Shown: positions 56,692 through 64,000 of the stretch, in pieces
Layout: each line of letters begins with the position of its first letter
Position numbering within the stretch: the stretch's first letter is position 1
Source of the DNA: Minisyncoccota bacterium
GTDB taxonomy: Bacteria > Patescibacteriota > Minisyncoccia > Phycocordibacterales > JBAYLF01
DNA: 64,000 nt
Reading direction: 5' to 3'
Assembly: GCA_041664205.1 (NCBI GenBank)
Contig: JBAYLF010000002.1
Coordinates: 29,690 to 93,689, forward strand
Position numbers and translations under genes: made by a program
Notes under the pieces: model-generated
Seen by the model: only the letters and a program-made list of their open reading frames with translations
Database searches by the model: none
What the model was told of the DNA's origin: nothing

Positions 56692-59370
56692 TTATCGATT
56701 CACTGAAACAGTATCAGTAAACATAAAACCCTTCTTCCCTTTCTTAACTTCAAATACAAACTCATCACCTTTCATACTTGCAATAATATTTCCACCCTTC
56801 ATTAAACCTTTTGAAACCATAAGCGACGCTATTGGTGTTAACATCTTGCTTTGTATCAAACGCTTCAGAGGTCGAGCTCCGTATTGTGGATTGTAACCTT
56901 CTCTTGCTAAATATTCCAATACGGATGAATTTATTTCAAGCTTAATTTCCTTAGAAGCTAGTCGGTCTGCAACTTTATCAACTTGTATCTTAACAATCTG
57001 TTTTATAGCTTCAGGAGTTAAAATATCGAAGATAACGATTTCATCAACTCTGTTTAGAAATTCTGGTCTAAAGTGATCTTTCAAACTTGCAGTAACTTTT
57101 GTCTTTGCGTCTTCGTAATTACGTTTTTCACTATCGCCCGCAGTTGCTGAAAATCCCATTTTCTCCATCTTATCTATATACTGAGCGCCGATGTTTGAGG
57201 TCATTATGATTATAGTATTCTTAAAGTTCACAGTTCGTCCTTTTGCATCTGTTAGTCGCCCATTATCAAGAACTTGTAGTAATACATTAAATACTTCAGG
57301 ATGAGCCTTTTCTATTTCATCAAATAAAATTACAGAGTAAGGTCGATGTCTCACCATCTCGGTAAGATTTCCTCCTTCTTCATAACCAACATAACCTGGA
57401 GGCGCGCCGATAAGTTTTGAAACCGCATGTCGTTCCATAAATTCAGACATATCAACTCTAATAAGTGATTTCTCGTCATCAAACATAAATTCTGCGAGAG
57501 CTTTTGTAAGTTCTGTTTTTCCAACACCTGTTGGACCTAAGAAAATAAATGAACCGATAGGACGATCTGGATCAGAAATACCCGCGCGTGAGCGTTTGAC
57601 CGTATCGGAAATAGCTTTGACTGCGATATCTTGACCTATAATTCGCTCCTTTAGCACATCTTCCATTCGATTTAATTTTTCTGCCTCTTCTTCAAGCATT
57701 CGATTTACAGGAATACCCGTCCATCGAGAAACCACATCTGCGATATCAGACTCTACTATCTCTTCTTTAAGAATACGTCGTGAACTTTGAAGTTTCTTCA
57801 GACGCTTTAATTTTGTTTCTAAATCTTTTTCAAGAGCAGGAATACGGCCATATCTAATTTCTGCAGCCTTTGATAAATCAGCTCGAGCTTCTGCATGCTC
57901 TGCTTCGTTGCGAAGAGATTCCAAATCTTTTTTAATTCTCTTTATATCTGTGTGAGTTTCTTTTTCATTTTTCCATTTAAGTTCAACTTCTGAAGTTTTT
58001 TCTTTTAAATCAGCAATCTCCTTTTCAATTTCTTTAATTCGAGTTTTATCTTTCTTAGATATTTCTGGCTCATTCTTTAAAGCTTCTCGTTCAATTTCAA
58101 AACGCATTATCTTTCGATGAGCATCTTCAAGTATCGGTGGCTTATTTTCTAAAGAAATTCGAAGTGAGGACGCAGCTTCGTCAATTAAGTCGACAGCTTT
58201 ATCAGGTAAAAATCTATCTGATATATAACGACTAGAAAGATTTACTGCTGCGACTATCGCATCATCAGTAATACGAACACCATGATAGAGTTCATATTTT
58301 TCTTTTAGTCCTCGCAAAATAGCAACAGCATCTTCGATAGATGGTTCGTTAACATAAACAGGCTGAAATCTTCTGGTAAGTGCAGGATCTTTTTCAATAT
58401 GTTTTTGATATTCCTTCAAAGTAGTTGCACCAATCGCTCTAAGTTCTCCACGAGAAAGTGCTGGCTTAAGCATGTTTGATGCATCAAGAGAGCCTTCAGC
58501 AGCTCCTGCGCCTACAATAGTGTGTATCTCATCTATAAAAAGAATTATTTTCCCTTCTGATCGTTCGATTTCTTTTAAAATATTTTTTAACCGCTCTTCA
58601 AATTCTCCTCGATATTTTGTGCCGGCAATTAATGATCCAAGATCAAGAGAAACGAGTTCTTTATCACGAAGTGATTCTGGAACATCACCGGTTGCCATTC
58701 TATTAGCAAGGCCTTCAGCTATAGCAGTTTTTCCAACTCCTGCTTCTCCTATGAGAATAGGGTTATTCTTTGTTCTTCTGGAAAGAATTTGTATTATTCG
58801 AGAAATCTCTGTATCGCGTCCGATAACTGGATCAAGCTTGTTCTGTTTTGCGAGTCCAGTAAGACTTCTTGTATACTTAGCAATAAATTTCATTTTCTTT
58901 GGCTCTCTAGTATCTGTTGTCTTACTGTTTTTAAGTTCATCTAAAATACGAATAACGTTTGATCTATCAATCCTAAAACGAGATAAAATTTCTCGAGCAG
59001 GACTAGCAACATCGAATATTGATATAAACAAATGCTCAGTAGAAACAAATTCATCTTTTAGACTTGCGGCAATCTTTGTTGATCCTTCCAACATCTGAGC
59101 TAAATCTGGAGTAATATATATTTGATATGAAGGAGAAAGAGTTGTTGTAGCTTCAGGAGATTCAATAGCTTCAAGAAGCGAATCTGTGAGCAACACCATA
59201 TCAACTTCAAGCTTATCGAGTATAGAAGCAACCATACTCTCTTCTTGTAGAATAAGAGCCGCAAGCATATGTAAAGGATTCACATGATTTTGTCCGCGTT
59301 CTATAGCAAGTTCATGTGCTCGTCTAATCGCCTCTTTTGCTTTTGTTGTAAAATGTTGAAATGGTGGCAT
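56692..59370 (-). CDS. clpB: ATP-dependent chaperone ClpB
   Basis: Two intact AAA+ modules ([16 protein letters not shown]) and a long coiled-coil M domain ([11 protein letters not shown]). Start MPPF at 59370 preferred; the ORF extends to 59409. Confidence 0.93.
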   Translation of the reverse strand: MPPFQHFTTKAKEAIRRAHELAIERGQNHVNPLHMLAALILQEESMVASILDKLEVDMVLLTDSLLEAIESPEATTTLSPSYQIYITPDLAQMLEGSTKIAASLKDEFVSTEHLFISIFDVASPAREILSRFRIDRSNVIRILDELKNSKTTDTREPKKMKFIAKYTRSLTGLAKQNKLDPVIGRDTEISRIIQILSRRTKNNPILIGEAGVGKTAIAEGLANRMATGDVPESLRDKELVSLDLGSLIAGTKYRGEFEERLKNILKEIERSEGKIILFIDEIHTIVGAGAAEGSLDASNMLKPALSRGELRAIGATTLKEYQKHIEKDPALTRRFQPVYVNEPSIEDAVAILRGLKEKYELYHGVRITDDAIVAAVNLSSRYISDRFLPDKAVDLIDEAASSLRISLENKPPILEDAHRKIMRFEIEREALKNEPEISKKDKTRIKEIEKEIADLKEKTSEVELKWKNEKETHTDIKRIKKDLESLRNEAEHAEARADLSKAAEIRYGRIPALEKDLETKLKRLKKLQSSRRILKEEIVESDIADVVSRWTGIPVNRMLEEEAEKLNRMEDVLKERIIGQDIAVKAISDTVKRSRAGISDPDRPIGSFIFLGPTGVGKTELTKALAEFMFDDEKSLIRVDMSEFMERHAVSKLIGAPPGYVGYEEGGNLTEMVRHRPYSVILFDEIEKAHPEVFNVLLQVLDNGRLTDAKGRTVNFKNTIIIMTSNIGAQYIDKMEKMGFSATAGDSEKRNYEDAKTKVTASLKDHFRPEFLNRVDEIVIFDILTPEAIKQIVKIQVDKVADRLASKEIKLEINSSVLEYLAREGYNPQYGARPLKRLIQSKMLTPIASLMVSKGLMKGGNIIASMKGDEFVFEVKKGKKGFMFTDTVSVNR

Positions 59371-59441
59371 AAAATATAAATCTAAATTTATAAGTTTAAT
59401 TTTTGACAATTATACTTAACTTTATAAGATGTGTCAAATTA

Positions 59442-60284
59442 CTAATTGCTTGTCTTTTTGGATTGTTCCGCTACTGGTTTGACCGTAGGAATATTTAAAG
59501 GAGTGAAAATATTTTTATTTTCGTATTTTGTTAAGTGCATTCCTAGCACATTACCTGATATGTCTACGATTGGACTTCCTGAAACAATATCGTTTGAAGA
59601 AATTTGCGCTTCAATAGCACCTATTTCAATCTTTGGTGGAGTTGATGTGCTTGTTTCAGTATTTGATTGAGACTCTTTTTTTATCAAGCTTGCAACTGAA
59701 CCTATCGATACTGCATCTCTATTTGAACCACCTAACCCTATCAATGTTTGTCCGAGTTTTATTTTATCTACACTCTCCGTTCCAATACTATTAAAAATAG
59801 TCTTATCATCTCCTGCCTTCTCTGCTCTGAATAATCTAAAATCAGAGTTTGAGTTTTCAAATTTCAATGAATATTTACTACCATCTGAAAATACTGCTGT
59901 ATAATTTCCATCTTCAAATGTTGAGTATTTATCAACAACGATTAATCCATCACTTGATGTTACAAGACCTAAAGCAACAAATGAACTGCTTTTATCTTCA
60001 TTAACCTGCGTCAATCTAACAATTGATTTTAAATTTTTATCTATTGCGGTGGCTATGAGCTCTTCGCTACTTTTTTGAGGTGTTTCGCTTTGAATTTTTA
60101 TTATTTCTTTTGCTCCTGGAATAACCTTTTCAATAGTTCTTTCTACAACCTGATTTATAATTTGCGGAACTTGCAGTGGCACTTCCTGTAAAAGAGAAAC
60201 TGTAATAATACCTGTGGCAATCGATGTCACAAAGCTTATCATCACGCACAAAAGAATTAATTGTTGTTTGTTTAGATCTTCCAT
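59442..60284 (-). CDS. Membrane-anchored trypsin-like (HtrA-type) domain protein, probably degenerate
   Basis: TM, SIVRL, KLGQTLIGLG and SGSPIVDISGNVLGM; no TNxHV His motif. Confidence 0.72.
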   Translation of the reverse strand: MEDLNKQQLILLCVMISFVTSIATGIITVSLLQEVPLQVPQIINQVVERTIEKVIPGAKEIIKIQSETPQKSSEELIATAIDKNLKSIVRLTQVNEDKSSSFVALGLVTSSDGLIVVDKYSTFEDGNYTAVFSDGSKYSLKFENSNSDFRLFRAEKAGDDKTIFNSIGTESVDKIKLGQTLIGLGGSNRDAVSIGSVASLIKKESQSNTETSTSTPPKIEIGAIEAQISSNDIVSGSPIVDISGNVLGMHLTKYENKNIFTPLNIPTVKPVAEQSKKTSN

Positions 60285-60294
60285 AAATATTGTG

Positions 60295-60457
60295 AGACTT
60301 GTCTATCAATAGGATTTCTTGGAGAAATTTAATAGATTTCGAGCGAAGCGCGGTAAAAAATTTTGAAGAATACCTTTTTGGTATTTTGAAAAATTTTTAA
60401 CAAGCTGCAGCCGAAATCCGTTAAATTTATACAGAAAGGTTGTTGATAGACAAGTCT
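60295..60457. repeat. 163-bp MITE-like palindromic element with 15-bp perfect TIRs
   Basis: AGACTTGTCTATCAA (60295-60309) and TTGATAGACAAGTCT (60443-60457); the whole interior is an imperfect hairpin. Confidence 0.8.
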
Positions 60458-60490
60458 ATTCTAACATTTTGAGATATCGACGCAAGAAAA

Positions 60491-60517
60491 ATCACCACGA
60501 CCGTAGGTCGTGGTGAT
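60491..60517. terminator. 12-bp hairpin (terminator or REP-like)
   Basis: ATCACCACGACC-GTA-GGTCGTGGTGAT preceded by an A-run. Confidence 0.5.
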
Positions 60518-60732
60518 ACATCAAAATTGAGTAAATTTCTGTTTTGATCATAGAAACTTTTTTTTATTAGGTTTCTTATCAAAAGCACAGAGAGTCAATA
60601 TGATCAACGATTGATAAATAAAAAATCCAATCAATACTTCCATATTATTCCTCCTTTTTTTAAAAAAGCACTATACTTTTTATCTACTTAGAATGATATC
60701 ATATTTTTATTTAAATGTCAATAATAATCTTT

Positions 60733-60992
60733 CTACCTAGGTGAAAAAGCAATCAGTGTAAAAAAGATAAAAACTATAGAAATACCGACAATTCCAAAAA
60801 TCTGAAGATAGAGACCTGCAAGCCAGGTAAAACCAGCTTTATTGGCTAGAGCTTTATTTTCAGGATTCTTTTTCAACTCCTCATAAAGAACTTTTTCTTT
60901 CTTCCATAAAAAATTCCAGCAAAGAAAAATATATTAGAAATAATTAAAATAATACATAACTGCATTTCATACTGAATAATTATGTTATACAT
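60733..60992 (-). pseudogene. Frameshifted small two-TM membrane protein gene
   Basis: GAAGGAG SD and ATG at 60992; adding one T to the T6 run (60908-60913) joins two hydrophobic halves into an 86-aa ORF. Confidence 0.5.
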
Positions 60993-61053
60993 ATTTAATT
61001 CTCCTTCTGAATTATAAGGTATCGTTCTTGCAGTATTTCGTCAAATTCCATTC

Positions 61054-61125
61054 TGTCATTCCCGCGAAGGCGGGAATCCAGATTAAACAGAGATAAACTA
61101 GATTCCCGCCTTCGCGGGAATGACA
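61054..61125. repeat. REP-like inverted doublet 4
   Basis: TGTCATTCCCGCGAAGGCGGGAATCCAG, 16-nt spacer, CTAGATTCCCGCCTTCGCGGGAATGACA. Confidence 0.92.
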
Positions 61126-61136
61126 AGAAATTTTGA

Positions 61137-62303
61137 TTATAAATTCAGAGCGTTTAATTTTTCTATACAAATATCGATATCTTTTTTTGTAGTTTCTCTA
61201 CCGAGAGTAAAGCGAAGTGACGAAATAGCGCATTCTTTTTTGCCAATTGCAGATATTACATATGAAGAAGAATCATCTGATAAATTTTTACATGCACTAA
61301 CTGACGAGCAAGAAATTCCTTCATGATCAAGTTTAATAACTGTAAATTCAGCATCTATTCCTGGAAAACAAACGTTTATATTATTTGGCAGACGTTTTTC
61401 TATATCGCCATTAAGGCTCGCGTTAGGAAAATGCTTTAAAACTTTATCGATAAAATAGTCGCGAAGCTTCACAAGTCTTTCAGATTCTTTTTCTCTGTCA
61501 TTTTGTGCAATTTCAAGAGCCAAAGATACACCGAAAATTTTCTCTACATCTTCGGTGCCAGATCGAAGTCCACCTTCCTGCCCTCCTCCAAAAATAATCG
61601 GTAAAATTTCTAACTGATTTTTTTTAAGAAGAATTCCTGCACCTTTTGGTCCATAAAATTTTGAGGAATCGAGTGTCATCATATCTATTCCTAAAGCCTC
61701 TCTAAGCAGAGTTAAATAATTTGCCGCTTGTGAAGCATCTGTGTGAAAATATGGCAAAACATCATCACTATCTTTTTTAGACGCTCTGTATTTTTTTATT
61801 ACTCTTCCTATTTCAGATATTGGCTGAATTGTGCCGATCTCATTATTTGCATACATTACAGAAACAAGCACTGTGTTAAGCTTCAAAGCTTTTTCAACGT
61901 CTTTTGCAATAACGATTCCATTTTCTTGAGGTTTGATGTAAGTAACTTCCCCACCCTGCCTCTCAATTTCTTTCATAGTTTCTAATATAGAAGAATGCTC
62001 AAATTCAGAAGTTATAAAATGTGGCTTGAATTTTCCTTTGTAAAAATTAAATGTCCCCAATATTGCTAGATTGTTTGATTCCGTTCCGCTTCCTGTAAAA
62101 TATACTTCGTCTGATTTAACGCCAAATATCCTCGCGATGTTTGTTCGTGATTGTTCGAGCACCTTTCTAGCCTCTACTCCTTCCTTATAAAGCCCTGATG
62201 GATTTGCGAAATTATTTTTTGCAAAATCATTCATCGCTTTTTTCACTTTTGAGTGAATCGGGGTTGTGGAAGCATAATCAAAATATATTCGTTTATTTGA
62301 CAT
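61137..62303 (-). CDS. iscS: Cysteine desulfurase (IscS/NifS family)
   Basis: IYFDYASTTP, FTGSGTESNN, HTDASQ, SSKFYGPKG and SSVSAC motifs. Confidence 0.93.
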   Translation of the reverse strand: MSNKRIYFDYASTTPIHSKVKKAMNDFAKNNFANPSGLYKEGVEARKVLEQSRTNIARIFGVKSDEVYFTGSGTESNNLAILGTFNFYKGKFKPHFITSEFEHSSILETMKEIERQGGEVTYIKPQENGIVIAKDVEKALKLNTVLVSVMYANNEIGTIQPISEIGRVIKKYRASKKDSDDVLPYFHTDASQAANYLTLLREALGIDMMTLDSSKFYGPKGAGILLKKNQLEILPIIFGGGQEGGLRSGTEDVEKIFGVSLALEIAQNDREKESERLVKLRDYFIDKVLKHFPNASLNGDIEKRLPNNINVCFPGIDAEFTVIKLDHEGISCSSVSACKNLSDDSSSYVISAIGKKECAISSLRFTLGRETTKKDIDICIEKLNALNL

Positions 62304-62345
62304 AGTTGTATTTGCATATTATCATAACTCCAGAAAAATCCAAAT

Positions 62346-62717
62346 ATGAAAATGATTGAATCAATTAAGTCCATTGTTGCTACATTATGGGTTCTATCCC
62401 TATTAGTTATAGTTTATTCCTTCGGTGTTTATCTTTCTTTCTATCTCGGATTATCAACAACTAGACTTCCAGTCTTTGGAAGCGAAAACATCGCAATATC
62501 ATTCATCGCGGCATTTTTACTTTTACCATTGAATGTTTTGTGGGGTCTATTTGTTTTTAAACTGACTTGGAAAAGATCTTTATATTGGGCGAATTTATTT
62601 TCAATCGCAAGTTTTATTTCTTTAACATTGGTGCCAGAAAAAATAGCACCTCTTATTGAATGCTCTGTAGTGTTATTTATCATCTGTTTTACAACAGAAA
62701 AATATCTCAAAAAATAA
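62346..62717 (+). CDS. Hypothetical membrane protein
   Basis: Four TM-like segments; downstream hairpin. Confidence 0.6.
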   Translation: MKMIESIKSIVATLWVLSLLVIVYSFGVYLSFYLGLSTTRLPVFGSENIAISFIAAFLLLPLNVLWGLFVFKLTWKRSLYWANLFSIASFISLTLVPEKIAPLIECSVVLFIICFTTEKYLKK

Positions 62718-62818
62718 ATAACTCAAAACAACAACTTTCTAACCGCTTCAGCATCAAAACTGGAGCGGTTTTATTTTTGACATTCGTAAATAAAAATTGT
62801 AATGTTTGTTACAGAAAA

Positions 62819-63235
62819 ATGAATAAGAAAAACATTCTACGTTCATGCTGTAAATTATTTCTAGAAGCTTTTTATATATCGATTTTTGCAACAATATTTC
62901 TAATTCCTAGAATAGGCTTAGAATATTTCTTTCCAAAATTATTTATAGAATATCTTAGCTTTGAAACCTTTTATTCTGGATTTTTTACAATACTAAAAAT
63001 GTTTTTGATAATGCTTTGCATTACTTACACACTCGGATACTTTTTAGTCACTTGGAATTTTAAGGAAATAATTAAAACAACCTTAACTGGATGTGTTGGA
63101 GCAATTTTTAGCTTGTTCGTATATGATCCAAATATAAAAACAATTTTGCACTCATTTGTGCTAACTATCATACTCTTATTCTTAACGATCATTTTTACAT
63201 TTTGGTTTGAAAGCATCGAAGACCAAAATGTTTAA
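62819..63235 (+). CDS. Hypothetical membrane protein
   Basis: ORF 62660-63235; ATG at 62819 (MNKKN) lies downstream of a TTGACA; four TM-like segments. Confidence 0.6.
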   Translation: MNKKNILRSCCKLFLEAFYISIFATIFLIPRIGLEYFFPKLFIEYLSFETFYSGFFTILKMFLIMLCITYTLGYFLVTWNFKEIIKTTLTGCVGAIFSLFVYDPNIKTILHSFVLTIILLFLTIIFTFWFESIEDQNV

Positions 63236-63242
63236 AATGTTT

Positions 63243-63270
63243 TTTCGCCCCGAAAAATTTCGGGGCGAAA
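63243..63270. terminator. Intrinsic terminator hairpin
   Basis: TTTCGCCCCGAAA-AA-TTTCGGGGCGAAA just after the stop codon. Confidence 0.65.
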
Positions 63271-63337
63271 TTATTTTGCGAAAGTGCTTATTTAATGTAT
63301 AATTTAATTTAATAAACTTTTTATCTAAATATTTTCT

Positions 63338-63811
63338 ATGATACTTCAAAGCGAATTTACCATTTATATACTTGTTGGCGTATGTGTATTATTAATCGCC
63401 TGGATCATTCGACTTGAGATCAAATTTAAACATCTTGTTGTGGGCCCAGATTCAAAAAGCATAGAAGACTCAATTCACCATTTAAATAGAGAAGTAAAAG
63501 GTTTAAATAAATTTCAAGAAGATACTGTTAACTATTTAACATCATCAGAAAAACGTCTTCAAAATTCAATAAGAGCAGTAGAAACAGTCAGATTCAATCC
63601 TTTCAAAGGCGCAGGAGAAGGTGGCAACCAGAGTTTTGCCACTGCTTTTATTTCTGAAAAAGGAGACGGTGTTGTATTTTCTAGTCTTTACTCAAGAGAT
63701 CGAGTAAATGTTTTTGCAAAAGGCATAGCAAATAGCCAATCTGAATTTGAATTGACCGCAGAAGAAAAAGAGGCTATAAAGAGAGCTAAGGAAAAAACTG
63801 TCTTAAAATAA
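63338..63811 (+). CDS. DUF4446-like protein
   Basis: N-terminal TM, VRFNPF...GGNQSF...GDGVVFSSLYSR...AK...LTAEEKEAI. Confidence 0.82.
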   Translation: MILQSEFTIYILVGVCVLLIAWIIRLEIKFKHLVVGPDSKSIEDSIHHLNREVKGLNKFQEDTVNYLTSSEKRLQNSIRAVETVRFNPFKGAGEGGNQSFATAFISEKGDGVVFSSLYSRDRVNVFAKGIANSQSEFELTAEEKEAIKRAKEKTVLK

Positions 63812-63849
63812 AAACATGAGCCTGGTTTCAATATTAAAAACATATCAAA

Positions 63850-64000
63850 ATGACAAAGGAAATTTCAGAACAAAAGAATACTCTTGTTGCACGACCTCCC
63901 GTGATAGTAATCATGGGTCATATTGATCATGGAAAATCTACTCTTTTAGACTACATTAGAAAGACAAATGTTGCAGATAAAGAAGTTGGCGGAATAACCC
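63850..64000 (+). CDS. infB: Translation initiation factor IF-2 (partial, runs off the window edge)
   Basis: [50 protein letters not shown]. Confidence 0.95.
   Translation, partial: MTKEISEQKNTLVARPPVIVIMGHIDHGKSTLLDYIRKTNVADKEVGGIT

Noticed and set aside
58472-59098. 208-aa plus-strand ORF and other shadow ORFs within atp, dnaX, parB and rsgA
   Set aside because: Antisense or alternate-frame shadows of conserved genes with no recognisable motifs.
59371-59441. CIRCE or CtsR operator upstream of clpB
   Set aside because: No TTAGCACTC-N9-GAGTGCTAA and no clear tandem heptad repeat; only opposed TTGACA hexamers.
25663-61125. 28-bp palindromic repeats as a CRISPR array
   Set aside because: Copies are inverted pairs dispersed over 35 kb, not direct repeats with regular spacers, and no cas genes are present.
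63850-64000. IF-2 lacking its N-terminal domain as a novelty
   Set aside because: Short IF-2 forms are known in reduced-genome lineages, and the gene is truncated by the window.

Overview
AT-rich chromosomal window of a small-genome bacterium using the standard code (TGA is a stop). Gene content suggests a CPR/Patescibacteria (Parcubacteria-like) organism (inference): N-terminally short IF-2, CxxC-x17-CxxC protein, GerMN protein, membrane-anchored Clp ATPase, many ORFans. It carries an alpha-glucan/glycosyltransferase cluster (GH15, GH57, GT4, GT2), a complete F0F1 ATP synthase operon, an accessory stretch (secreted glycoside hydrolases, TreS-like GH13, ABC-F, dcd, nuclease, class F sortase with an LPNTG substrate, PAS kinase), core genes (dnaX, dus, serS, dprA, topA, parB, rpmG, miaA, clpB, iscS, infB) and four tRNAs. 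The most striking signal is a 28-bp REP-like palindrome, TGTCATTCCCGCG(C/A)AGGCGGGAATC(C/T)AG. It occurs as four short inverted doublets at gene 3' ends and also as the two inverted arms bracketing one small GIY-YIG nuclease gene. This resembles a RAYT/REP system with a GIY-YIG enzyme in place of the tyrosine transposase. Other palindromic mini-elements are present: two MITE-like hairpins, a palindrome nested in a REP arm, an in-frame palindrome in dus, and antisense tRNA 3'-end copies behind two tRNAs. All product calls come from motif recognition by eye; no database search was run.
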